A stretch of DNA of 63,095 bases, filler included, from Octopus bimaculoides (taxonomy: Eukaryota): assembly GCF_001194135.2 (NCBI RefSeq). It is 5 parts of 4 records of this genome, joined end to end, with 100 filler letters (N's around TTAATTAATTAA, not from the genome) between each part and the next. Parts side by side here need not be neighbours in the genome. Positions count along the whole stretch, not along the records: positions 41,108 to 61,907 come from NC_068985.1; positions 62,008 to 63,095 come from NC_068984.1; 3 more parts are not named here. One strand, written 5' to 3'. A program made the translations under genes and the position numbers. Shown piece after piece: positions 51,150 through 63,095 of the stretch. The notes under the pieces were generated by a model, which was not told the DNA's origin, made no database searches, and saw only the letters and a program-made list of their open reading frames with translations. Each line of letters starts with the position of its first letter. The first letter of the stretch is position 1.

Positions 51150-52490
51150 GATTTTTTAAAAAAATCTTTTGCTGTGGAAAATGGAGTAAAGCAGGGAGAC
51201 CTTGATGCACCCACCCTCTTTGCAATATACTTTGCCGTTGTGGTGTCACATTCCTTTCAAANNNNNNNNNNCCTTGATGCACCCACCCTCTTTGCAATAT
51301 ACTTTGCCGTTGTGGTGTCACATTCCTTTCAAAACTCTGAGGAGCGTATCTACATAAAATATCGAACAACGCGGAATGTTTTTAATTTGACCCGATTGAA
51401 GACTGAAGTTTAAAACGAAGGTTTTTACTTCACTTATTAGGGAACTTTTGTATGCTGACGATTGCGATCTGGTTAGTCATTCTGAATCGGGTCTGCAATC
51501 CCTTGTATCTGCATTTGATGCAGCTTGTGATGATTTTGGCCTGACCATCAATCTGAAAAAAACAGTTGTAATGTATCAACCTGCGTATGGTGCTGTTTGT
51601 AACGCCCCAAAAAATTTTGTTAAGGGAAAGTTACTTGAGGTTGTCAATTCATTTGTCTACCTGGGAAGCTCTGTTCAAGATGATGGAAATCTTGATACGG
51701 AAATACACCTGCGAATTCAAAGGGCAGCAAAAGCATTTGTTGGCTTCGAGTTACGCGTCTGGCGCCAGCGACATATAAATAACAATACAAAGCTGGCTCT
51801 NNNNNNNNNNNNNNNNNNNNNNNNNNNNNNNNNNNNNNNNNNNNNNNNNNNNNNNNNNNNNNNNNNNNNNNNNNNNNNNNNNNNNNNNNNNNNNNNNNNN
51901 NNNNNNNNNNNNNNNNNNNNNNNNNNNNNNNNNNNNNNNNNNNNNNNNNNNNNNNNNNNNNNNNNNNNNNNNNNNNNNNNNNNNNNNNNNNNNNNNNNNN
52001 NNNNNNNNNNNNNNNNNNNNNNNNNNNNNNNNNNNNNNNNNNNNNNNNNNNNNNNNNNNNNNNNNNNNNNNNNNNNNNNNNNNNNNNNNNNNTGTAAAGA
52101 CTGAGAAGGTGAATGACAAGGACCTTTTTGTGTGCACAGTCTGTGACAGACCATGTCTGTCCTTGGCTGGCCTCAAATCTCACCTGCGAACCCATGGAAA
52201 ACAAACCTCATCCAGCTATTCTGATTATATGTCTGTGCACACGTCTGAATGTGGTGTGTGCCAGAGGGTTTGCAAATCCAATGGAGGTCTTAAAAGACAT
52301 GTTAGGATCCACAATGAGCAGAACTTATTTGCAGGTATTGGTAGTGCAAATCAGAGGTGCAATCTGTGTGGGTGTTTTTTAAAAACACTGTCTGGTTTAA
52401 AAAGCCACATCAGACGCCATGAAAGGGCTAAGGTGTAGGTGCAGGAGGTGGTCAAACTCTGTTTAAGGAGTAGACAACCACCATATATGT
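51150..52490 (+). mobile_element. RTE-clade LINE 3' part: RT domain, three C-terminal C2H2 zinc fingers, 3' UTR and (TATG)n tail
   Basis: GVKQGDLDAPTLFAIY, LYADDCDL, FGLTINLKKT, FVYLGS; after the gap CTVCDRPCLSLAGLKSHLRTH, CGVCQRVCKSNGGLKRHVRIH and CNLCGCFLKTLSGLKSHIRRH, stop at 52438. Confidence 0.9.
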
Positions 52491-52519
52491 ATGTATGTTT
52501 GTATGCATGTATGTATGCA

Positions 52520-52755
52520 TATATGTGTTATTTCTTTACTACCCACAAGGGGCTACACACAGAGGGGAAAAACAAGGACAGACAAACACGGATTAAGTCG
52601 ATTATATCGATCCCAGTGCGTAACTGGTACTTATTTGATCGACCCCGAAAGGATGAAAGGCAAAGTCGACCTCGGCGGAATTTGAACTCAGAACGTAGCG
52701 GCAGACGAAATACCGCTAAGCATTTCGCCCAGCGTAATAACGTTTCTGCCAGCTC
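52520..52755 (-). mobile_element. SINE family B with alternative 3' tail
   Basis: Family B head and centre, then TAATCCGTGTTTGTCTGTCCTTG...GCCCCTTGTGGGTAGTAAAGAAATA. Confidence 0.85.
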
Positions 52756-53333
52756 ACACATATATGCATATATGTGTGTGTATGTATTCATGTATGTATG
52801 CATGTATAAATGTATATGTATGTATGTATTTATGTATGTATGTGTATGCATGTATGTATATCGACAAGCAAATCCTGTCAAAGTACAGATGAACACAGTA
52901 GAGTCAACGGCCACCCAACAGCTGGGAGTGAGAGATCCCTAATCTTTCTGTAGACACATCTCTTTAGGAGAAAGAAATTCCGAAATAATACTCCCCCCCC
53001 CCCACTGTGAAGCCAGAGATCCTACTCCTGCTTGTTCTCGGATTACTTGGCTTTGTAGGTGAGAGTCTTAGCAATGTTGCATTAGTCGTAATTGATTTCA
53101 AATTTTAGGTCAGACATCACGACTAGTCATTGTCTTTAACATCTAGGATAAGATTGTTTCTCGGTGATGGTCATATGCGTTTATGGGCTGATAGCTTCCA
53201 TATGTATGTATGCATGTATGTATGTATGTATGTATGTATGTATGTATGCATGCATGTATGTATGTATGTATGTATGTATGTATGTATGTGTGAGTATGTG
53301 TAGGAATGTGTTGTATATATATATATATGCATC

Positions 53334-53381
<48 letters not shown>

Positions 53382-53413
53382 CATACATGTACATACCTAC
53401 ACTTAGACATATA

Positions 53414-53452
<39 letters not shown>

Positions 53453-54186
53453 TGTATNNNNNNNNNNNNNNNNNNNNNNNNNNNNNNNNNNNNNNNNNNN
53501 NNNNNNNNNNNNNNNNNNNNNNNNNNNNNNNNNNNNNNNNNNNNNNNNNNNNNNNNNNNNNNNNNNNNNNNNNNNNNNNNNNNNNNNNNNNNNNNNNNNN
53601 NNNNNNNNNNNNNNNNNNNNNNNNNNNNNNNNNNNNNNNNNNNNNNNNNNNNNNNNNNNNNNNNNNNNNNNNNNNNNNNNNNNNNNNNNNNNNNNNNNNN
53701 NNNNNNNNNNNNNNNNNNNNNNNNNNNNNNNNNNNNNNNNNNNNNNNNNNNNNNNNNNNNNNNNNNNNNNNNNNNNNNNNNNNNNNNNNNNNNNNNNNNN
53801 NNNNNNNNNNNNNNNNNNNNNNNNNNNNNNNNNNNNNNNNNNNNNNNNNNNNNNNNNNNNNNNNNNNNNNNNNNNNNNNNNNNNNNNNNNNNNNNNNNNN
53901 NNNNNNNNATATAGGAATGCGCGTGTGCAATCTATGTGTGTACGATATGTCTGCCAGGTCAGACAAAGATGTAATGTTTCGATTGATACTGCAGCGTGGG
54001 TGTAACATTTCCTGACCAGCAGATTGTTTACAATGTCTACAGATTAATTGCCTTATCTACTTTCCTCGTCTACAGGGTCGCCTTTGTCTCTCTCATCTGT
54101 CTGTCACCCATTCACTTGCTTGGACTCAACAGCTAAATGATTACAATGTGTTTAATTAGCTAATTGAAAGTCTCTATCTTTATCTT

Positions 54187-54234
<48 letters not shown>

Positions 54235-55109
54235 TCTGTATGTGTTTGTCTGTGTGTCCCCGTTCCCTTGTAGAGCTTCTTCTAGCATTATAGTTCGCAT
54301 CAACCTGTGGCGTAAAGTGGAATAACCTCGTGACATGAATGTATAAATCTATAGATTTAAAGGTTAGCTGTGAATACACAATTTCAACGGACAGGATGCA
54401 GCTGTAGACTAATAGCTGTTGCACCCACCAACGAACAGTGCTCCCACCACTTTATAAAGTTATAAAGATAGTATGTAAGAGACGAGTCTCTCTCTGTCTT
54501 TCTCTTTATTACCTCTCTCTCACTTTACCTCTCTCTCACTTTACCTCTCTCTCTCTTTCTTTCTTTCTTTAGATGGTTATGTCAGCCGATGATTCCACTG
54601 AAAGATTTATGCAAAAATAAAGAACGCTCTCAAGGGTAGGGACAGCGAAAACTCCACCCTCTGCTCCCGCTTCATCCGGAGACTCCATGACCAAGGAAGC
54701 AATTTCCTCGGTTTCTTCCACAATGTTTTCTTCAGAGGACTCTTCTTTACTCCCAAAGAGCTCATCACATTGGCCGCCTCTACCTCCATAAGGAAAACTG
54801 CATATACGAAAAGTGACCTGAACAACTATTGTTACAGAAGGTACGCCTTCTTTAAGAATTCCAAGCCATTGGCAGCCGATTACTCGAAATTATGACCCTA
54901 AGCCTTGCTAATCCATACACAATTGTATGAACGTAAATTAAAATCAATACGCTCAGACGAATGTAGATACAGAAATAAGAAAAGATAGAAACACAAAAAT
55001 GGAGATATAGTAATAATGAGAATAGAAAAGAAATGCATGGATGTACGAGGTAAAAAAATACAGTATATATATCATTCATCTTTTACTTGTTTCAGTTCAG
55101 ACATTATAC

Positions 55110-55266
55110 AGACGTAGCTGTGTGGTAAGGAGCTCGCTTCCAAATCATAAAGTTCCGGATTCAGTCCCACTGCGTGGGATCTTGGGTAAGTGTCTTCTAC
55201 TATAGACTCAGGCCGACCAAAACCTTGTGAGTGGATTTGGTAGACAGAAACTGAAAGAAGCCCATC

Positions 55267-55304
<38 letters not shown>

Positions 55305-55560
55305 NNNNNNNNNNNNNNNNNNNNNNNNNNNNNNNNNNNNNNNNNNNNNNNNNNNNNNNNNNNNNCCCCCCCCCCCCAGCATCGCTTGACAACCAATGTT
55401 GGTGTGTTTATGTCACTGTAAGTTAGCGATTCGGCAAAACAGACTGATAGAATAAGTATTAGGCTTACAAAGAATAAGTCCTAGGGTCGGTTTGTTCGAC
55501 TAAAAGCGGTGCTCTAGCATAGCCGCAATCAAATGACAGAAACAAGTAAAAGAATAAAAG
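55110..55560 (+). mobile_element. SINE family A full length (internal microsatellite partly in gap)
   Basis: Head 55110-55270 and tail 55366-55560. Confidence 0.85.
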
Positions 55561-55715
55561 AATATATATATANNNNNNNNNNNNNNNNNNNNNNNNNNNN
55601 NNNNNNNNNNNNNNNNNNNNNNNNNNNNNNNNNNNNNNNNNNNNNNNNNNNNNNNNNNNNNNNNNNNNNNNNNNNNNNNNNNNNNNNNNNNNNNNNNNNN
55701 NNNNNNNNNNNNNTA

Positions 55716-56298
55716 TATACTCTCTTACTTTTACTCAGTTATTTGACTGCAGTCATGCTGGAGCACCACATTAAAGAGTATTAGACGAGCAAATCGACCC
55801 CAGGACCTCTTCTTTGTAAACCTAGTATTTATTTTATCAGTACGTTTTGCCGAATCGCTAGGTTACAAGGATATAAACATACCAGCGTCGGCTGTTAAAC
55901 GATGGCGAGGTGGGAGGCAAACAGACTCATACATAAATATATATGTATGTATATATATATATATACGACTGGCACGGGCTTCTTCCAGTTTCCGTCAACC
56001 AAATCCACTTACAAAGGCTTTGGTCGGTCCGTGGCTATAGTAGAAGATACTTGCCTAAGGTGCCCCGCAGTGGGACTGGATCCCGAACCATGTGGTTGGG
56101 AAGCAAGCTTCTTACCACCCAAACAAGCCTGCGGCTATACGATGGGCTTTTTCATCATTTTCTGTCTACCAGAGCCATTCACGAAGCTTTGATCGGACCG
56201 AGGCTATTGTAGAAAACTTTTGTACACAGTGGGACTGAACCCGGAATCATGTGGGTGGAAAGCAGATTTCTTACCACACAGCCATAAGCTTGCGCTTA
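55716..56298 (-). mobile_element. SINE family A full length (55716-56135) plus adjacent second head (56136-56298)
   Basis: Reverse-complement matches to tail, centre and two tRNA-like heads. Confidence 0.8.
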
Positions 56299-56690
56299 TA
56301 TCAGGAAAAGTATAAAGAATACAAAACGAATACGTGGGATTACAAAGAGTAATATGAAGAGACTAGTATAGAGCTCGTGCGGAAATATAACATGGATAAA
56401 TTATGTATGAAATTCTTTTCTTTGTAACTCCACGTATTTCATTGAACTTCATTGTATTTCAGTTCAATTGCTTTCCTTCTCGTTTCGCATCTCCATCTTT
56501 TTCATTTTGCTCTGTGTTAGCCATATATCTGTGGGCAGTAACTATCTGCATGACATCTTGTATATAGATGCCGTATGCACGAGTGCGAACGTGTACACGA
56601 GCTTGTTCGCGTGTGAAGATGTCCAAGCGAATGATTGTCTGAAATTACGTGTACATAACAATACGTGACCGAATACGCGAATGTACATTA

Positions 56691-56736
<46 letters not shown>

Positions 56737-56819
56737 ATACATACATACATATATATANNNNNNNNNNNNNNNNNNNNNNNNNNNNNNNNNNNNNNNNNNN
56801 NNNNNNNNNNNNNNNNNNN

Positions 56820-56898
<79 letters not shown>

Positions 56899-57473
56899 GA
56901 CATGCACGCGCTTTTGTCTATATAGTACACCGAGCAAACGTATCTGACGTTTAAATAAGCCTCCCTCCCACACCAACGTACACAGGTATATGTACATACA
57001 TAAGGTATACAGTACATAGTATATGTATACATATATATTTATGATGCGCGTGTGCGCATATGTATGTAAGTGTGTGTATATGTATGTAAGTGTGTGTATA
57101 TGTATGTAAGTGTGTGTTAATATTCAAGTGCATGCATACTGCTGAGCGTTTACGTATCTATATACATTTGTTCAACTATATCTATTTATCTGTCAATTCA
57201 TTGGTACGTATACGTTGAATGTGAGCATGAAAAAGCAGGAAAATATGAGAATGCAATTATTGTGTATTGTATGCCTTATGTACATGCATATAAATGTATG
57301 TGTGTGTGTGTTTGTGTGCGGTGAGGTTTGAGGAGGAGGAGGGGCAGATTTATTAGACATGAGATACGTATGCTAGCTATACTATACCGGCAAAAGCGTG
57401 TATAAATGCATAAATAATTTCCTATGCATTATGTTCCCTATTGTAGTTTAGCTAGCATTATTTCTATTCAATC

Positions 57474-57866
57474 TTTACGTTCTGAGTCAAAATCCACCGA
57501 GGGTGACTTTGCCTTTCATCTCATCGCAGTTGATAAAATAAGTAACAGTTGAACACGGGAGTCGATGTTATCGACTTACCCACTTCCCCAAAATTGCTGG
57601 CCTCGTGCCAAAATTTGATATCAGTATTTCTATTCAGTAAAGCGGTGAGCTGGCAGAATCGTTAGCACGCCGAGCAAAATGCTTAGTGGTATTTCGTTTG
57701 TCTTCATGTCCTGAGTTCAAATTTCCACCGTAGAAGACATTTATTTTTTCATCCTATCAGGATCGATAAAATAAGTACCAGTTGAACACTGGGGTCGATG
57801 TAGTCGACTTACATTACAACCTTTCCGCGAAATTGCTGGATTTGCGCCAAAATTTGAAATCAATAT
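57474..57866 (+). mobile_element. SINE family B head-to-tail dimer
   Basis: GATAAAATAAGTA(A/C)CAGTTGAACAC...GTCGATGT...CGACTTAC...AAATTGCTGG...GCCAAAATTTGA occurs twice. Confidence 0.8.
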
Positions 57867-57966
57867 TTTTATTCAGCGATGTATTTGTTAACTTTGCACA
57901 CCTCTACTATTGAGAATTCTTCAAGTTGCAGTGTCGCAGAGGAAGTCTCCCCAATTCCACCAAATG

Positions 57967-58272
57967 GGATCTATTTTAAAACGGGGGCCACATTTTTCAT
58001 TAATGTTTTACGTAGTGTTTTTGGTACGGAAAGACTTTCAAACTTCGTATACTTATCTATTTTGTGTTATAGAACGGAAAAATATTTTTGTATTCGAATT
58101 TATTTCATGTAAAAAATTGTCTTATTTCGATAATTTCAACCAATCACTGACAAGTATTCAGTTGTTTATATTTACTCCTTTGGCTGATTAAGCGATGTAA
58201 AGCGTATTTAATCACCATACCTTCGTTTTATTTGCTTTTTTCATTTTAAATTTGCTTTAACCCTAACCTTAA
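57967..58272 (+). mobile_element. non-autonomous DNA element (possibly Helitron-like) running into TAACCC repeats and a gap
   Basis: Starts with a 28-bp motif also found inverted at 61427-61454; ends TTAACCCTAACCTTAA at the gap edge. Confidence 0.45.
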
Positions 58273-60053
58273 NNNNNNNNNNNNNNNNNNNNNNNNNNNN
58301 NNNNNNNNNNNNNNNNNNNNNNNNNNNNNNNNNNNNNNNNNNNNNNNNNNNNNNNNNNNNNNNNNNNNNNNNNNNNNNNNNNNNNNNNNNNNNNNNNNNN
58401 NNNNNNNNNNNNNNNNNNNNNNNNNNNNNNNNNNNNNNNNNNNNNNNNNNNNNNNNNNNNNNNNNNNNNNNNNNNNNNNNNNNNNNNNNNNNNNNNNNNN
58501 NNNNNNNNNNNNNNNNNNNNNNNNNNNNNNNNNNNNNNNNNNNNNNNNNNNNNNNNNNNNNNNNNNNNNNNNNNNNNNNNNNNNNNNNNNNNNNNNNNNN
58601 NNNNNNNNNNNNNNNNNNNNNNNNNNNNNNNNNNNNNNNNNNNNNNNNNNNNNNNNNNNNNNNNNNNNNNNNNNNNNNNNNNNNNNNNNNNNNNNNNNNN
58701 NNNNNNNNNNNNNNNNNNNNNNNNNNNNNNNNNNNNNNNNNNNNNNNNNNNNNNNNNNNNNNNNNNNNNNNNNNNNNNNNNNNNNNNNNNNNNNNNNNNN
58801 NNNNNNNNNNNNNNNNNNNNNNNNNNNNNNNNNNNNNNNNNNNNNNNNNNNNNNNNNNNNNNNNNNNNNNNNNNNNNNNNNNNNNNNNNNNNNNNNNNNN
58901 NNNNNNNNNNNNNNNNNNNNNNNNNNNNNNNNNNNNNNNNNNNNNNNNNNNNATATATATATATATAAATATATATATATATAATAACAATAATAATAAT
59001 AATAATAATAATAAATGATGAAGGAAACGGAAGACAGGTTTAGCACTAGTCTTTATTTAGTACGACTATCATTCCGATCCCTGCTGAAACTGTCCGCTAT
59101 GGGTAGAATATTATGCATCTAATTGTGTGGATGACACCAGGTCCGACTTTGGAAACAGATAACCACTATATGTTCGGTGTCGTCTGTTTGTAAATAAATC
59201 GCATTTTTCGTCGTCAACTGTCTTACGAGAAAATATATATATATACTTATACATTCAAATGTCTACTTTTTAAAAAAATAATAACAAGCTGTGAAATTTA
59301 AAATCCTGCTACGTTTATAAAAAAAATAAAAATAAAAAGCAAATTGTCTCTTTTATAATTGTACAAAATTTACTGTTTTTCCAAACGGATGTGACATCTA
59401 AAACAAAACGTTATCGTTCACTATACTATAATTTGCTTTAATGCTTCGAATGAAATCAAAGTCAGAATATTTTTTAATAAACATCATATATTGTTTCATG
59501 TTTTACCATAAAATAAAAGATAAATACGAATATTTTTATGGTTTGTTATTAGATTAAATCTAAGTAAGATTTTCTTTTTTTTTAATGTTTACAATAAAAT
59601 TTTAGCAACGATATTTTTGCTAAATCAATTTTATATTTATTTCAAATAAAACTAAAGCTATTTTTGTTTTTGGTGGAATTAAAGAATTTTAATATATTAT
59701 TACAGAATTTAGAAGCCCATATCTTTTGTAGGCCTTCCGAGACTGACATGATGAATGTAGCAAACGTTTAGGATAAATGTCTACAAATCAACGTTTTCTG
59801 CAAAAATGAAGACAGGGATGGAATACGAACTTTGGTTCAATGGATTGAACTCAGTTAAAAGTACACATGAACCAGGTGGGTATGTTAAATAAGGGTGTGC
59901 TTCAGACATCCAGGATAAGTGATAGAGAAAAATAAGTGATAAATGAAAGACAAAGATGGTTTATATATATTTTTGTACGCTACAAAACTGTGGAGGAAAC
60001 CTTCAGATTTATGTAAAATTGTTTTTAGTATAACTGAACATAAAAACAAACAT

Positions 60054-60184
<131 letters not shown>

Positions 60185-60384
60185 CAGTGTACATTTAAAC
60201 ACATAAGAGATATCCATCATAGGAATCCTATGATGGATACCTATTATGTGTTTAAATGTACACTGTATTTATATGAATAATAAATTTTTACACGCTAGAC
60301 CACTGGTAGTAGAAATTTCTGATACTTCTAATTACCCTTCGATATTATTAATTATATATATACATCATTTTAATTTTATTTTCA

Positions 60385-60670
60385 TTTTATCTAGTTTCAG
60401 CTCATGAGCTGTGGCCATGCTGGGGCACCGCCATTTGGTGTTGCTACACAATTTTACTTCAGGAATTGACATTTGGTGCATGGGAGAGTTTGATACAGCT
60501 GCTCTCATCTGCACCTCCTGCCGTGAAGTTGGTTCATCTGGGACACCTGACAGGAAGAGGTCCAGCCTCATCTTGAAGATACCTACATCCACCGCATGCA
60601 GGTCTCTCAGGTCCTTCGGGAGGATATTGAAGAGCTGTGGACCTCTGAAGCCCAGGCTGTTGAAATTTAT
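60385..60670 (-). mobile_element. CR1-group LINE extreme 3' end
   Basis: Minus strand NSLGFRGPQLFNILPKDLRDLHAVDVGIFKMRLDLFLSGVPDEP...RAAVSNS; tail GGCGGTGCCCCAGCATGGCCACAGCTCATGAGCTGAAACTAG. Confidence 0.88.
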
Positions 60671-61334
60671 AGAAAAATAAAAGACGAAGACAGGTGTATG
60701 AACAACAAGCGAGTGTATTAGTTTGACGCTCGAGAAAATGAAAAAGTCTCTTACGTTTCAACAGAAACGAATAAAAGAAAATAAAGAGAATGAAAAAAAA
60801 ACTTGTAAATTTAGACGTCATTAAGGTGACTGAGGATGCTAGCTAGCACTAGCATTAATAGAAATAAGAGTCAAAAGAGCTCTTAGCAACGGGAAGAACT
60901 TTTCTAATGACAAAGGGAGACCAGCTTCCCACAGCAAGCTAGACAGGGCTATATCGCCGATTATTTCGTCATTAAATAATTGCTTCACGTAGCTAAGAGT
61001 TCTTCTGGCTCATATTTCTAGCAATGCTGGTGGTAGATAGTGACGTGTATACTTGTGCATTTTGGTTGTAAATTGCGAAAAAGCCACCTTAATAATTGAT
61101 ATATATATAAAATTAATCAAAGGACATACTAAGTATGTCTATCTGCTTGAAATAACAGTCGAAACTCGTTATTAAATCGCCAAAAATACACTGGTGATAA
61201 CTACAGAAATCAAACGAAGGCAATTTGAAGTACACCGAAACCAGCTGGAGGAGATGTCCTCTTGGGGTTATAAACAGTAGTAATAGTGTTCTGTGTGGAA
61301 CAACTATGTTAAGGTAGTAACATCCATTACTTAC

Positions 61335-61371
<37 letters not shown>

Positions 61372-62052
61372 NNNNNNNNNNATATGACACATTCTACCAG
61401 TGTTCCAAGTTTCAAAGTGTTTCGTTAATGTGGCCCCCGTTTTAAAAAAGATCCGCCAAATGTTATCTGACCGTGGGGTAGCTGTGCCTTAAGAACGCGA
61501 AACTCTGAGAAGTAAAAGAATTAGTGACTAATTTCTAATAAGTATAAACTCGGCATGACATAAAGAGCGCGCTTTTTAGTTTGAAAATATATCTCTATAC
61601 ATACATACATACATACATACATACATACACACACTCGCACACACGCATATGTATTATTGACGTTGTAAAGATGGATAGAAAAATTTGAAAGATTGCTTTG
61701 GTCCAATGGTAGAACGCCTGTCACTATATGGCATGTGGTTTCGAATCCAATAGGCATTCGGCTAAATCTGTGCAAAGGTTTCTTTTAACCCAGCATTTAC
61801 ACACTATTTGTTATGGCTTTATCTGCTTCGAGCCTCACCGTTCCAGTTTATCTATTTATACACACACACACACACACACATTGCATATATATATATATAT
61901 ATATATANNNNNNNNNNNNNNNNNNNNNNNNNNNNNNNNNNNNNNNNNNNNTTAATTAATTAANNNNNNNNNNNNNNNNNNNNNNNNNNNNNNNNNNNNN
62001 NNNNNNNATATGTTTATGTACGTATGTGTGTGTATACGTATGTGTATTTATG

Positions 62053-62083
<31 letters not shown>

Positions 62084-62869
62084 AATAATAAATGAGTATA
62101 TGCATATGTACGTACAGGTATGTGCATACCTACGTCCACCTGTATATATAGGTGCATATCTGGGTACAGGACATTGCAAACAAAACGTAGACAAAAAAAT
62201 AATAATAACCAGAGTACAGAACACACACAGGCCACATAGAGATCATTTTCCTTCATCAGCTACCCCCGTGTATCTATGTGTCTGTGTGTGTATTATTTGA
62301 TTTTAGTCCTACGATAATTAGAAATGTAAAGTAAACTTACAGGTTGTGTTTTTAGTAAAACCCATATTTCTGTCCCTCTTAAAAAGTAAGCCCCATGAAT
62401 AAATTACATATATTTGTTAAAATCTGCTTTGCTATTTAAAGATTCACGTTTCAGTTTTACGTTACACCTGAAATATATCTTCATAGATTTACTGTGATTT
62501 ACTGTGACTTAAATATAACAAAACAATTTAACACAAAGTTAGCTTAAAGAAAAACATAAAGGTAGAAATGTAGAAAGTTATATGGATATGTATGCACGCA
62601 CACCAACGCACTTTCTCCTCAGTGGGTGATCTCCACATCCCTCCTACAATCGAATAATGTTACGGATAAAAGTTACACATTTCTGACGATTTGACAGTAA
62701 GTTTTGAGTATCCACTATACATGTCACTAGTAATCATGTGTTAATGAAATAATGTACGCAATATATTGTAAATAAATATTTCATAAACAATCACTCGTAT
62801 CTCGTTTTATGTTATATGTAAGTATGCGCGTATGTGTGTGCGTGCATGTACGTCTCCTTATGTTTGTTC

Positions 62870-62990
62870 AGCCACCACTTGACAACCGGTGTTGATCTGT
62901 TTACGTTCCCGTAAATTCGCACTGGACTAAACCCTTCAATCTGGTGTCCCATCATGACCGCTGTCCAATGACTGAAACAAGTAAAAGAAT
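62870..62990 (+). mobile_element. SINE family A 3' half, degraded
   Basis: CACTTGACAACCGGTGTTG...CATGACCGCTGTCCAATGACTGAAACAAGTAAAAG. Confidence 0.7.
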
Positions 62991-63039
62991 TTTTTTAAAA
63001 ATCATCATGTATGACATAATTACAAATAATTTATTTTCA

Positions 63040-63095
63040 TAGGCATAGGAGTGGCTGTGTGGTAAGTAGCTTGCTTACGAACCATATGGTTCCAG
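63040..63095 (+). mobile_element. SINE family A head, cut by window end
   Basis: TAGGCATAGGAGTGGCTGTGTGGTAAGTAGCTTGCTTACGAACC. Confidence 0.8.

Noticed and set aside
51200-51333. Exact duplication of about 62 bp in the RTE RT domain
   Set aside because: The two copies flank a 10-N gap, so this is an unmerged contig overlap.
58257-58272. TAACCCTAACC telomere-like repeat
   Set aside because: Only about two units at a gap edge inside a dispersed element; no evidence of a telomere.
60735-60770. Minus-strand GAAACGTA-AGAGA, possible hammerhead remnant
   Set aside because: The core and stem II are absent, so it cannot be supported from this copy alone.
60825-60880. CTGAGGA-TGCTAG/CTAGCA-...GAAAT...GTC hammerhead-like string
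   Set aside because: Six extra nt lie between stem II and GAAA, and no stem I pairing is possible.

Overview
AT-rich, microsatellite-saturated eukaryotic DNA with many N gaps. I infer an octopus-like cephalopod from the SINE repertoire and repeat landscape. No intact host gene can be supported, and almost all listed ORFs are translated microsatellites or gaps. The recognisable content is decayed mobile DNA: mariner remnants; CR1-group, RTE, Tx1/L1 and R4/Dong-type LINE fragments; a Penelope-like GIY-YIG remnant; a Helentron-type HINE; and three tRNA-derived SINE families. Two things stand out. (1) There is a set of sequence-diverse type I hammerhead ribozyme (HHR) motifs with palindromic stem III. 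Three have an intact core (5470-5557 +, 20235-20294 -, 23843-23891 -), one is the inverted twin in a 398-bp palindrome, and several are single-mutant or decayed. They sit in short non-coding elements resembling Penelope pLTRs or retrozymes. (2) A 5S rRNA-derived SINE-like element (about 7917-8100) has a 3' tail nearly identical to the 3' end of a CR1-group LINE in the same window, and a CATGGCC-hairpin-GAAAC signal is shared by several LINE and SINE tails. Coordinates of decayed elements are read by eye and approximate.
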